A stretch of DNA of 64,000 bases, taken from Squalus acanthias. Lineage: Eukaryota. Shown in pieces: positions 28,301-43,300 of the stretch. The notes below the pieces were generated by a model. The model was not told the origin of the DNA. It made no database searches and saw only the letters and a program-made list of their open reading frames with translations. The stretch's first letter is position 1. The number at the start of each line of letters is the position of its first letter. The stretch is from the NCBI GenBank assembly GCA_030390025.1, contig JASTWF010000157.1, positions 744,001-808,000 on the forward strand, written 5' to 3'. A program made the translations under genes and the position numbers.

Positions 28301-31300
28301 AAATCGCAGATTTAAGAATGTTATATGAGATGATGAAATGTTTAGCTGCTAATATCGTCAGCAGTAATTTCCATGCCCAATGCCATTTCCTTGAGGTGTA
28401 ACATTCTTAAATATTAACCATAGAGCCTTGTTCTTATTGCTTAAATGTCAATATATGAGACACAGTTGTCGACATCTATAATTTCTGAATGAAGAATTGC
28501 GATTAGATGCCTAAATCCTCATTTCCATTGTATTTGCTTACAGGGCAGGCTATCGTGAGTTCTGCAGGGAAATCAGGCTTCTGTAATTTCACACTATGTA
28601 CTAAGAGTTGTGAAATTTTGAATTATACGGGAAAATGTGAAACCACCACAGTACCCACCACTACGCCCAGCACATCCGAATCTACAACAGTAACAATTAC
28701 TCCCACCTCCACAGCAACTACAACCTGCTCCTGCAATGTCAATGGACAAATAATGTCACCTGGTAAGTGTATCAGTTATTAACAATCTGATGCAATCATA
28801 GTCACACAAGAAACTTGGGAGCAATATCGAATATAAATCACAATTGACGACAATAATTGAATCAGTTCATTGAAGTGAAGCTCCAGCCCGTTCCATGACA
28901 TAGTTTATATTAAGTGGATGTCTTTGTAAATCATTCAGTATAATTTCAGAGTATGAATTGTATTGAAACTAATGATCCCCACATTTTCCAGAGTGCTGTC
29001 TTCTGTATGTTTGGGAGCAGCGGAAAGTAGCCTGTTTTAAATCGTACACTTCCTGCTCTTCCCTCCTGTGAAGAAATCCTCCAGCATTTACTTTCACGTG
29101 CCAATAGCACAAAATGCTGAAGGTTCACAGCTAAGTTTCGACCTCTGCTTTTTGCCCTGTGTCTCATTGAACATCAGGAAGATAATCTGCTGTTAATGGA
29201 GGGACATCGAGCAGACTCCGAAAGGTCTTCGACCTGAAACGTTAACTCTGTTTCTCTCTCCATGGATGCTGCCTCGCCTGCTGAGTTTTTCCAGCGTTTT
29301 CTGTTGTGATTTCCAATATATAATGTATGTTCCTGTATTTTGCCATACCAGCAAAAAAATTAGCACCTGTTCAAAATAGATTCACTGAATTAGACAACTT
29401 TGCAACCACTGAGTATTTTCTGCCCTTTCATCTGCTTCATTCACTCACAAATATCTGTGGTTTGTTGCGACATCCAACATCTCCATGTGTTCCTCTGGGC
29501 AGGAAAATGTTACTGGCTGTAGAAGGATGACAGCAGTTTCAGTCTCCCCATGATTTTCTCTGTTTTGCTCATTTTTATATTTTGTTTTCATGGTCCCTCC
29601 GTACCTCACCCTTTTATCCAGTCTGTCAGTCATCTTCTGTGTTGTGTTGACATCTCACATTTTCAAGCCTTGTTTGAGATGCAGATAAGTGTTGTTCTGG
29701 TGATTTTAATGGCAATCCACAGTATTGTGTGCAATTTGAAGAGGGCCCTTATCATCACAGGTCAGATTAGAAACTTGCCTGGTGAGGACATCTGAGGGCA
29801 CAGAACTCAAAAGGCACACTGCATGGTCTCATATCATTGCTGACAATACAAGCGGGCGAATACTTATTGACCTCTTCGGACATTGTTCTGTCTGCATTTC
29901 TAAAGCAAGCACAAACTCAATCAAACGAATTAACAGCAGCATTAAAATAGCAGATTTAAGAATGTTATATGAGATGATGAAATGTTTAGCTGCTAATATC
30001 ATCAGTAGTAATTTCCATGCCCAACGCCATTTCCTTCAGGTATAACATTCTTAAATATTAACCATAGAGCCTTGTCCTTATTGCTTAAATGTCAATATAT
30101 GAGACACAGTTGTCTACATCTATAATTTCTGAATGAAGAATTGCTATTAGATGCCTAAATCCTCATTTCTATTGCGCTTATTTACAGGGCAGGCTATCGT
30201 GAGTTCTGCAGGGAAATCAGGCTTCTGTAATTTCACACTATGTACTAAGAGTTGTGAAATTTTGAAGTATACGGGAAAATGTGAAACCACCACAGCGCCC
30301 ACCACTACGCCCAGCACATCCGAATCTACAACAGTAACAATGACTCCCACCTCCACAGCAACAACAACCTGCTCCTGCAATGTCAATGGACAAATAATGT
30401 CACCTGGTAAGTGTATCAGTTATTAACAATCTGATGCAATCAAATTCACACAAGAAACTTTGAAGCAATATCGAATATGAATCACAATTGACGACAATAA
30501 TTGAATCAGTTCATTGAAGTGAAGCTCCAGCCCGTTCCATGACATAGTTTATATTAAGTGGCTGTCTTTGTAAATCATTCAGTATAATTTCAGAGTATGA
30601 ATTGTATTGAAACTAATGATCCCCACATTTTCCAGAGTGCTGTCTTCTATATATTTGGGAGCAGCGGAAACTACCCTGTTTTAAATCGTACACTTCCTGC
30701 TCTTCCCATCTGTGAAGAAATCCTCAGCATTTACTTTCACATGCCAATAGCACAAAATGCTGAAGGTTTACACCTAAGTTTAGACCACTGTTTTTTGCCC
30801 TGTGTCTCATTGAACATCAGGAAGATAATCTGCTGTTAATGGAGAGACATCGAGCAGACTCCAATATATAATGTATGTGCCTGTACTTGGCAATTACAGT
30901 AAAAAAATTAGCGCCCGTTCAAAATAGACTCTCTGAATTAGACAACTTTGCAACCACTGAGTATTTTCTGCCCTTTCATCTGCATCATTCACTCACAGAT
31001 ATCTGTGGTTTGTTGCGACATCCAACATCTCCATGTGTTCCTCTGGGCAGAAAAATGTTACTGGCTGTAGAAGGATGACAGCAGTTTCAGTCTCCCCCTG
31101 ATTTTCTCTGTTTTGATCATTTTTCGGTTTTGTTTTCATGGTCCCACCGTACCTCACCCTTTTACCCAATCTGTCAGTCACTTTCTGTGTTGTGTTGACA
31201 TCTCACATTTTCAAGCATTGTTTAAGAGGCATATAAGTGTTGTTCTGGTGATTTTAATGGCAATCCACAGTATTGTGTGCAATTTGAAGAGGGCCCTTAT

Positions 31301-34300
31301 CATCAGAGGTCAGATTAGAAACTTGCCTGGTGAGGACATCTCAGGGCTCACAACTCAAAAGGCACACTGCATGGTCTCATATCATTGCTGACAATACAAG
31401 CGGGCGAATACTTATTGACCTCTTCGGACATTGTTCTGTCTGCATTTCTAAAGCAAGCACAAACCCAATCAAACGAATTAACAGCAGCATTAAAATAGCA
31501 GATTTAAGAATGTTATATGAGATGATGAAACGTGTAGCTCCTAATATCGTCAGTAGTAATTTCCATTCAAAAATGCCATTTCCTTCAGGTGTAACATTCT
31601 TAAATATTAACCATAGAGCCTTGTTCTTATTGCTTCAATGTCAATATATGAGACACAGTTGTCTACATCTATAATTTCTGAATGAAGAATTGCGATTAGA
31701 TGCCTAATTCCTCATTTCCATTGCGTTTGCTTACAGGGCAGGCTATCGTGAGTTCTGCAGGGAAATCAGGCTTCTGTAATTTCACACTATGTACTAAGAG
31801 TTGTGAAATTTTGAATTATACGGGAAATTGCGTAACCACCACAGCACCCACCACTACGCCCAGCACATCCGAATCTACAACAGTAACAATGACTCCCACC
31901 TCCACAGCAACTACAACCTGCTCCTGCAATGTCAATGGACAAATAATGTCACCTGGTAAGTGTATCAGTTATTAACAATTTGATGCAATCAAAGTCACAC
32001 AAGAAACTTGGGAGCAATATCTAATATAAATCACAATTGACGACAATAATTGAATCAGTTCATTGAAGTGAAGCTCCAGCCCGTTCCATGACATAGTTTA
32101 TATTAAGTGGATGTCTTTGTAAATCATTCAGTATAATTTCAGAGTATGAATTGTATTGAAACTAATGATCCCCACATTTTCCAGAGTGCTGTCTTCTATT
32201 TGTTTGGGAGCAGCGGAAATTAGCCTGATTTAAATTGTGCACTTCCTGCTCTTCCGATCTGTGAAGAAATCCTCCAGCTTTTCCTTTCACATGACAATAG
32301 CACAAAATGCTGAAGGTTCACAGCTAAGTTTTGACCTCTGCTTTTTGTCCTGTGTCTCATTGAACATCAGCAAGGTAATCTGCTGTTAATGGAGGGACAT
32401 CGAGCAGACTCCAATATATAATGTATGTTCCTGTACTTGGCAATTCCAGCAACAAAATTAGCACCTGTTCAAAATAGACTCTCTGAATTAGACAACTTTG
32501 CAACCACTTGAGTATTTTCTGCGCTTTCATCTGCTTCATTCACTCACAAATATCTGTGGTTTGTTGCGACATCCAACATCTCCATGTGTTCCTCTGGGCA
32601 GGAAAATGTTACTGGCTGTAGAAGGATGACAGCAGTTTCAGTCTCCCCCTGATTTTCTCTGTTTTGCTCATTTTTCGGTTTTGTTTTCATGGTCCCACCA
32701 TACCTCACTCTTTTACCCAGTCTGTCAGTCACTTTCTGTGTTGTGTTGACATCTTACATTTTCAAGCATTGTTTAAGAGGCATATAAAGTGTTGTTCTGG
32801 TGATTTTAATGGTAAGCCACAGTATTGTGTGCAATTTGAAGAGGGCCCTTATCATCAGAGGTCAGATTAGAAACTTGCCTGGTGAGGACATCTGAGGGCT
32901 CACAACTCAAAAGGCACACTGCATGGTCTCATATCATTGCTGACAATACAAGCGGGCGAATACTTATTGACCTCTTCGGACATTGTTCTGTCTGCATTTC
33001 TAAAGCAAGCACAAACCCAATCAAACGAATTAACAGCAGCATTAAAATCGCAGATTTAAGAATGTTATATGAGATGATGAAATGTTTAGCTGCTAATATC
33101 GTCAGCAGTAATTTCCATGCCCAATGCCATTTACTTCAGGTGTAACATTCTTAAATATTAACCATAGAGCCTTGTTCTTATTGCTTAACTGTCAATATAG
33201 GAGACACAGTTGTCTACATCTATAATTTCTGAATGAAGAATTGCGATTAGATGCCTAAATCCTCATTTCCATTGTGTTTGCTTACAGGGCAGGCTATCGT
33301 GAGTTCTGCAGGGAAATCAGGCTTCTGTAATTTCACACTATGTACTAAGAGTTGTGAAATTTTGAATTATACGGGAAAATGTGAAACCACCACAGCACCC
33401 ACCACTACGCCCAGCACTTCCGAATCTACAACAGTAACAATGACTCCCACCTCCACAGCAACTACAACCTGCTCCTGCAATGTCAATGGACAAATAATGT
33501 CACCTGGTAAGTGTATCAGTTATTAACAATCTGATGCAATCAAAGTCACACAAGAAACTTGGGAGCAATATCTAATATAAATCACAATTGACGACAATAA
33601 TTGAATCAGTTCATTGAAGTGAAGCTCCAGCCACTTCCATGATATAGTTTATATTAAGTGGATGTCTTTGTAAATCATTCAGTATAATTTCAGAGTATGA
33701 ATTGTATTGAAACTAATGATCCCCACATTTTCCAGAGTGCTGTCTTCTGTATGTTTGGGAGCAGCGGAAAGTAGCCTGTTTTAAATCGTACACTTCCTGC
33801 TCTTCCCTCCTGTGAAGAAATCCTCCAGCATTTACTTTCACGTGCCAATAGCACAAAATGCTGAAGGTTCACAGCCAAGTTTTGACCTCTGCTTTTTGCC
33901 CTGTGTCTCATTGAACATCAGGAAGATAATCTGCTGTTAATGGAGGGTCATCGAGCAGACTCCGAAAGGTCTTCGACCTGAAACGTTAACTCTGTTTCTC
34001 TCTCCATGGATGCTGCCTCGCCTGCTGAGTTTTTCCAGCGTTTTCTGTTGTGATTTCCAATATATAATATATGTGCCTGTACTTTGCCATTCCAGCCAAA
34101 AAATTAGCACCTGTTCAAAATAGATTCTCTGAATTAGACAACTTTGCAACCACTGAGTATTTTCTGCCCTTTCATCTGCTTCATTCACTCACAGATATCT
34201 GTGGTTTGTTGCGACATCCAACATCTCCATGTGTTCCTCTGAGCAGAAAAATGTTACTGGCTGTAGAAGGATGGGAGCAGTTTCAGTCTCCCCCTGATTT

Positions 34301-37300
34301 TCTCTGTTTTGCTCATTTTTATGTTTTGTGTTCATGGTCCCTCCGTACCTCACCCTTTTACCCAGTCTGTCAGTCACCTTCTGTGTTGTGTTGACATCTC
34401 ACATTTTCAAGCCTTGTTTGAGATGCAGATAAGTGTTGTTCTGGTGATTTTAATGGCAATCCACAGTATTGTGTGCAATTTGAAGAGGGCCCTTATCATC
34501 ACAGGTCAGATTAGAAACTTGCCTGGTGAGGACATCTGAGGTCACACAACTCAAAAGGAACACTGCATGGTCTCATATCATTGCTGACAATACAAGCGGG
34601 CGAATACTTATTGACCTCTTCGGACATTGTTTTGTCTGCATTTCTAAAGCAAGCACAAACCCGATCAAATGAATTAACAGCAGCATTAAAATAGCAGATT
34701 TAAGAATGTTATATGAGATGATGAAACGTTTAGCTGCTAATATCGTCAGTAGTAATTTCCATGCAAAAATGCCATTTCCTTCAGGTGTAACATTCTTAAA
34801 TATTAACCATAGAGCCTTGTTCTTATTGCTTAAATGTCAATATATGAGACACAGTTGTCTACATCTATAATTTCTGAATGAAGAATTGCTATTAGATGCC
34901 TAATTCCTCATTTCCATTGCGTTTGCTTACAGGGCAGGCTATCGTGAGTTCTGCAGGGAAATCAGGCTTCTGTAATTTCACACTATGTACTAAGAGTTGT
35001 GAAATTTTGAAGTATACGGGAAAATGCGTAACCACCACAGCACCCACCACTATGCCCAGCACATCCGAATCTACAACAGTAACAATGACTCCCACCTCCA
35101 CAGCAACTACAACCTGCTCCTGCAATGTCAATGGACAAATAATGTCACCTGGTAAGTGTATCAGTTATTGACAATCTGATGCAATCAAAGTCACACAAGA
35201 AACTTGGGAGCAATATCTAATATGAATCACAATTGACGACAATAATTGAATCAGTTCATTGAAGTGAAGCTCCAGCCCGTTCCATGACATGTTTATATGA
35301 AGTGGATGTCTTTGTAAATCATTCAGTATAATTTCAGAGTATGAATTGTATTGAAACTAATGATCCCCACATTTTCCAGTGTGCTGTCTTCTATTTGTTT
35401 GGGAGCAGCGGAAATTAGCCTGATTTAAATTGTGCACTTCCTGCTCTTCCGATCTGTGAAGAAATCCTCCAGCTTTTCCTTTCACATGACAATAGCACAA
35501 AATGCTGAAGGTTCACAGCTAAGTTTTGACCTCTGCTTTTTGTCCTGTGTCTCATTGAACATCAGCAAGGTAATCTGCTGTTAATGGAGGGACATCGAGC
35601 AGACTCCAATATATAATGTATGTTCCTGTACTTGGCAATTCCAGCAACAAAATTAGCACCTGTTCAAAATAGACTCTCTGAATTAGACAACTTTGCAACC
35701 AATGAGTATTTTCAGCCCTTTCATCTGCTTCATTCACTCGCAAATATCTGTGGTTTGTTGCGACATCCAACATCTCCATGTGTTCCTCTGGGCAGAAAAA
35801 TGTTACTGGCTGTAGAAGGATGACAGCAGTTTCAGTCTCCCCCTGATTTTCTCTGTTTTGCTCATTTTTCGGTTTTGTTTTCATGGTCCCACCATACCTC
35901 ACCCTTTTACCCAGTCTGTCAGTCACTTTCTGTGTTGTGTTGACATCTCACATTTTCAAGCATTGTTTAAGAGGCATATAAAGTGTTGTTCTGGTGATTT
36001 TAATGGTAATCCACAGTATTGTGTGCAATTTGAAGAGGGCCCTTATCATCAGAGGTCAGATTAGAAACTTGCCTGCTGAGGACATTTGAGGGCTCACAAC
36101 TCAAAAGGCACACTGCATGGTCTCATATCATTGCTGACAATACAAGCGGGCGAATACTTATTGACCTCTTCGGACATTGTTCTGTCTGCATTTCTAAAGC
36201 AAGCACAAACCCAATCAAACGAATTAACAGCAGCATTAAAATCGCAGATTTAAGAATGTTATATGAGATGATGAAATGTTTAGCTGCTAATATCGTCAGC
36301 AGTAATTTCCATGCCCAATGCCATTTCCTTGAGGTGTAACATTCTTAAATATTAACCATAGAGCCTTGTTCTTATTGCTTAAATGTCAATATATGAGACA
36401 CAGTTGTCGACATCTATAATTTCTGAATGAAGAATTGCGATTAGATGCCTAAATCCTCATTTCCATTGTATTTGCTTACAGGGCAGGCTATCGTGAGTTC
36501 TGCAGGGAAATCAGGCTTCTGTAATTTCACACTATGTACTAAGAGTTGTGAAATTTTGAATTATACGGGAAAATGTGAAACCACCACAGTACCCACCACT
36601 ACGCCCAGCACATCCGAATCTACAACAGTAACAATTACTCCCACCTCCACAGCAACTACAACCTGCTCCTGCAATGTCAATGGACAAATAATGTCACCTG
36701 GTAAGTGTATCAGTTATTAACAATCTGATGCAATCATAGTCACACAAGAAACTTGGGAGCAATATCGAATATAAATCACAATTGACGACAATAATTGAAT
36801 CAGTTCATTGAAGTGAAGCTCCAGCCCGTTCCATGACATAGTTTATATTAAGTGGATGTCTTTGTAAATCATTCAGTATAATTTCAGAGTATGAATTGTA
36901 TTGAAACTAATGATCCCCACATTTTCCAGAGTGCTGTCTTCTGTATGTTTGGGAGCAGCGGAAAGTAGCCTGTTTTAAATCGTACACTTCCTGCTCTTCC
37001 CTCCTGTGAAGAAATCCTCCAGCATTTACTTTCACGTGCCAATAGCACAAAATGCTGAAGGTTCACAGCTAAGTTTCGACCTCTGCTTTTTGCCCTGTGT
37101 CTCATTGAACATCAGGAAGATAATCTGCTGTTAATGGAGGGACATCGAGCAGACTCCGAAAGGTCTTCGACCTGAAACGTTAACTCTGTTTCTCTCTCCA
37201 TGGATGCTGCCTCGCCTGCTGAGTTTTTCCAGCGTTTTCTGTCGTGATTTCCAATATATAATGTATGTTCCTGTATTTTGCCATACCAGCAAAAAAATTA

Positions 37301-40300
37301 GCACCTGTTCAAAATAGATTCACTGAATTAGACAACTTTGCAACCACTGAGTATTTTCTGCCCTTTCATCTGCTTCATTCACTCACAAATATCTGTGGTT
37401 TGTTGCGACATCCAACATCTCCATGTGTTCCTCTGGGCAGGAAAATGTTACTGGCTGTAGAAGGATGACAGCAGTTTCAGTCTCCCCATGATTTTCTCTG
37501 TTTTGCTCATTTTTATATTTTGTTTTCATGGTCCCTCCGTACCTCACCCTTTTATCCAGTCTGTCAGTCATCTTCTGTGTTGTGTTGACATCTCACATTT
37601 TCAAGCCTTGTTTGAGATGCAGATAAGTGTTGTTCTGGTGATTTTAATGGCAATCCACAGTATTGTGTGCAATTTGAAGAGGGCCCTTATCATCACAGGT
37701 CAGATTAGAAACTTGCCTGGTGAGGACATCTGAGGGCACAGAACTCAAAAGGCACACTGCATGGTCTCATATCATTGCTGACAATACAAGCGGGCGAATA
37801 CTTATTGACCTCTTCGGACATTGTTCTGTCTGCATTTCTAAAGCAAGCACAAACTCAATCAAACGAATTAACAGCAGCATTAAAATAGCAGATTTAAGAA
37901 TGTTATATGAGATGATGAAATGTTTAGCTGCTAATATCATCAGTAGTAATTTCCATGCCCAACGCCATTTCCTTCAGGTATAACATTCTTAAATATTAAC
38001 CATAGAGCCTTGTCCTTATTGCTTAAATGTCAATATATGAGACACAGTTGTCTACATCTATAATTTCTGAATGAAGAATTGCTATTAGATGCCTAAATCC
38101 TCATTTCTATTGCGCTTATTTACAGGGCAGGCTATCGTGAGTTCTGCAGGGAAATCAGGCTTCTGTAATTTCACACTATGTACTAAGAGTTGTGAAATTT
38201 TGAAGTATACGGGAAAATGTGAAACCACCACAGCGCCCACCACTACGCCCAGCACATCCGAATCTACAACAGTAACAATGACTCCCACCTCCACAGCAAC
38301 AACAACCTGCTCCTGCAATGTCAATGGACAAATAATGTCACCTGGTAAGTGTATCAGTTATTAACAATCTGATGCAATCAAATTCACACAAGAAACTTTG
38401 AAGCAATATCGAATATGAATCACAATTGACGACAATAATTGAATCAGTTCATTGAAGTGAAGCTCCAGCCCGTTCCATGACATAGTTTATATTAAGTGGC
38501 TGTCTTTGTAAATCATTCAGTATAATTTCAGAGTATGAATTGTATTGAAACTAATGATCCCCACATTTTCCAGAGTGCTGTCTTCTATATATTTGGGAGC
38601 AGCGGAAACTACCCTGTTTTAAATCGTACACTTCCTGCTCTTCCCATCTGTGAAGAAATCCTCAGCATTTACTTTCACATGCCAATAGCACAAAATGCTG
38701 AAGGTTTACACCTAAGTTTAGACCACTGTTTTTTGCCCTGTGTCTCATTGAACATCAGGAAGATAATCTGCTGTTAATGGAGAGACATCGAGCAGACTCC
38801 AATATATAATGTATGTGCCTGTACTTGGCAATTACAGTAAAAAAATTAGCGCCCGTTCAAAATAGACTCTCTGAATTAGACAACTTTGCAACCACTGAGT
38901 ATTTTCTGCCCTTTCATCTGCTTCATTCACTCACAAATATCTGTGGTTTGTTGCGACATCCAACATCTCCATGTGTTCCTCTGGGCAGAAAAATGTTACT
39001 GGCTGTAGAAGGATGACAGCAGTTTCAGTCTCCCCCTGATTTTCTCTGTTTTGATCATTTTTCGGTTTTGTTTTCATGGTCCCACCGTACCTCACCCTTT
39101 TACCCAATCTGTCAGTCACTTTTTGTGTTGTGTTGACATCTCACATTTTCAAGCATTGTTTAAGAGGCATATAAGTGTTGTTCTGGTGATTTTAATGGCA
39201 ATCCACAGTATTGTGTGCAATTTGAAGAGGGCCCTTATCATCAGAGGTCAGATTAGAAACTTGCCTGGTGAGGACATCTCAGGGCTCACAACTCAAAAGG
39301 CACACTGCATGGTCTCATATCATTGCTGACAATACAAGCGGGCGAATACTTATTGACCTCTTCGGACATTGTTCTGTCTGCATTTCTAAAGCAAGCACAA
39401 ACCCAATCAAACGAATTAACAGCAGCATTAAAATAGCAGATTTAAGAATGTTATATGAGATGATGAAACGTGTAGCTCCTAATATCGTCAGTAGTAATTT
39501 CCATTCAAAAATGCCATTTCCTTCAGGTGTAACATTCTTAAATATTAACCATAGAGCCTTGTTCTTATTGCTTAAATGTCAATATATGAGACACAGTTGT
39601 CTACATCTATAATTTCTGAATGAAGAATTGCGATTAGATGCCTAATTCCTCATTTCCATTGCGTTTGCTTACAGGGCAGGCTATCGTGAGTTCTGCAGGG
39701 AAATCAGGCTTCTGTAATTTCACACTATGTACTAAGAGTTGTGAAATTTTGAATTATACGGGAAATTGCGTAACCACCACAGCACCCACCACTACGCCCA
39801 GCACATCCGAATCTACAACAGTAACAATGACTCCCACCTCCACAGCAACTACAACCTGCTCCTGCAATGTCAATGGACAAATAATGTCACCTGGTAAGTG
39901 TATCAGTTATTAACAATTTGATGCAATCAAAGTCACACAAGAAACTTGGGAGCAATATCTAATATAAATCACAATTGACGACAATAATTGAATCAGTTCA
40001 TTGAAGTGAAGCTCCAGCCCGTTCCATGACATAGTTTATATTAAGTGGATGTCTTTGTAAATCATTCAGTATAATTTCAGAGTATGAATTGTATTGAAAC
40101 TAATGATCCCCACATTTTCCAGAGTGCTGTCTTCTATTTGTTTGGGAGCAGCGGAAATTAGCCTGATTTAAATTGTGCACTTCCTGCTCTTCCGATCTGT
40201 GAAGAAATCCTCCAGCTTTTCCTTTCACATGACAATAGCACAAAATGCTGAAGGTTCACAGCTAAGTTTTGACCTCTGCTTTTTGTCCTGTGTCTCATTG

Positions 40301-43300
40301 AACATCAGCAAGGTAATCGGCTGTTAATGGAGGGACATCGAGCAGACTCCAATATATAATGTATGTTCCTGTACTTGGCAAGTCCAGCAACAAAATTAGC
40401 ACCTGTTCAAAATAGACTCTCTGAATTAGACAACTTTGCAACCACTTGAGTATTTTCTGCGCTTTCATCTGCTTCATTCACTCACAAATATCTGTGGTTT
40501 GTTGCGACATCCAACATCTCCATGTGTTCCTCTGGGCAGGAAAAATGTTACTGGCTGTAGAAGGATGACAGCAGTTTCAGTCTCCCCATGATGTTCTCTG
40601 TTTTGCTCATTTTTCGGTTTTGTTTTCATGGTCCCACCATACCTCACTCTTTTACCCAGTCTGTCAGTCACCTTCTGTGTTGTGTTGACATCTCACATTT
40701 TCAAGCCTTGTTTGAGATGCAGATAAGTGTTGTTCTGGTGATTTTAATGGCAATCCACAGTATTGTGTGCAATTTGAAGAGGGCCCTTATCATCACAGGT
40801 CAGATTAGAAACTTGCCTGGTGAGGGCATCTGAGGTCACACAACTCAAAAGGAACACTGCATGGTCTCATATCATTGCTGACAATACAAGCGGGCGAATA
40901 CTTATTGACCTCTTCGGACATTGTTCTGTCTGCATTTCTAAAGCAAGCACAAACCCAATCAAACGAATTAACAGCAGCATTAAAATAGCAGATTTAAGAA
41001 TGTTATATGAGATGATGAAACGTTTAGCTGCTAATATCGTCAGTAGTAATTTCCATGCCCAATGCCATTTCCTTGAGGTGTAACATTCTTAAATATTAAC
41101 CATAGAGCCTTGTTCTTATTGCTTAAATGTCAATACATGAGACACAGTTGTCGACATCTGTAATTTCTGAATGAAGAATTGCGATTAGATGCCTAATTCC
41201 TCATTTCTATTGCGTTTAATAACAGGGCAGGCTATCGTGAGTTCTGCAGGGAAATCAGGCTTCTGTAATTTCACACTATGTACGAAGAGTTGTGAAATTT
41301 TGAAGTATACGGGAAAATGTGAAACCACCACAGCGCCCACCACTACGCCCAGCACATCCGAATCTACAACAGTGACAATGACTCCCACCTCCACAGCAAC
41401 AACAACCTGCTCCTGCAATGTCAATGGACAAATAATGACACCTGGTAAGTGTATCAGTTATTAACAATCTGATGCAATCAAAGTCACACAAGAAACTTTG
41501 GAGCAATATCGAATATGAATCACAATTGACGAAAATAATTGAATCAGTTCATTGAAGTGAAGCTCCAGCCCGTTCCATGACATAGTTTATATTAAGTGGC
41601 TGTCTTTGTAAATCTTTCAGTATAATTTCAGAGTATGAATTGTATTGAAACTAATGATCCCCACATTTTCCAGAGTGCTGTCTTCTGTATGTTTGGGAGC
41701 AGCGGAAACTAGCCTGTTTTAAATCGTACACTTCCTGCTCTTCCCTCCTGTGAAGAAATCCTCCAGCATTTACTTTCACGTGCCAATAGCTCAAAATGCT
41801 GAAGGTTCACAGCTAAGTTTTGACCTCTGCTTTTTGCCCTGTGTCTCATTGAACATCAGGAAGATAATCTGCTGTTAATGGAGGGACATCGAGTAGACTC
41901 CGAAAGGTCTTCGACCTGTAACGTTAACTCTGTTTCCCTCTCCATGGATGCTGCCTCGCCTGCTGAGTTTTTCCAGCGTTTTCTGTCGTGATTTCCAATA
42001 TATAATGTATGTTCCTGTACTTTGCGATTCCAGCAAAAAAATTAGCACCTGTTCAAAATAGATTCTCTGAATTAGACAACTTTGCAACCACTGAGTATTT
42101 TCAGCCCTTTCATCTGCTTCATTCACTCACAAATATCTGTGGTTTGTTGCGACATCCAACATCTCCATGTGTTCCTCTGGGCAGAAAAATGTTACTGGCT
42201 GTAGAAGGATGACAGCAGTTTCAGTCTCCCCCTGATTTTCTTTGTTTTGCTCATTTTTCGGTTTTGTTTTCATGGTCCCACCATACCTCACTCTTTTACC
42301 CAATCTGTCAGTCACTTTCTGTGTTGTGTTGACATCTCACATTTTCAAGCATTGTTTAAGAGGCATATAAGTGTTGTTCTGGTGATTTTAATGGCAATCC
42401 ACAGTATTGTGTGCAATTTGAAGAGGGCCCTTATCATCAGAGGTCAGATTAGAAACTTGCCTGGTGAGGACATCTCAGGGCTCACAACTCAAAAGGCACA
42501 CTGCATGGTCTCATATCATTGCTGACAATACAAGCGGGCGAATACTTATTGACCTCTTCGGACATTGTTCTGTCTGCATTTCTAAAGCAAGCACAAACCC
42601 AATCAAACGAATTAACAGCAGCATTAAAATAGCAGATTTAAGAATGTTATATGAGATGATGAAACGTGTAGCTCCTAATATCGTCAGCAGTAATTTCCAT
42701 GCAAAAATGCCATTTCCTTCAGGTGTAACATTCTTAAATATTAACCATAGAGCCTTGTTCTTATTGCTTCAATGTCAATATATGAGACACAGTTGTCTAC
42801 ATCTATAATTTCTGAATGAAGTATTGCGATTATATGCCTAATTCCTCATTTCCATTGCGTTTGCTTACAGGGCAGGCTATCGTGAGTTCTGCAGGGAAAT
42901 CAGGCTTCTGTAATTTCACACTATGTACTAAGAGTTGTGAAATTTTGAAGTATACGGGAAATTGCGTAACCACCACAGCACCCACCACTACGCCCAGCAC
43001 ATCCGAATCTACAACAGTAACAATGACTCCCACCTCCACAGCAACTACAACCTGCTCCTGCAATGTCAATGGACAAATAATGTCACCTGGTAAGTGTATC
43101 AGTTATTAACAATCTGATGCAATCAAAGTCACACAAGAAACTTGGGAGCAATATCTAATATAAATCACAATTGACGACAATAATTGAATCAGTTCATTGA
43201 AGTGAAGCTCCAGCCCGTTCCATGACATAGTTTATATTAAGTGGATGTCTTTGTAAATCATTCAGTATAATTTCAGAGTATGAATTGTATTGAAACTAAT

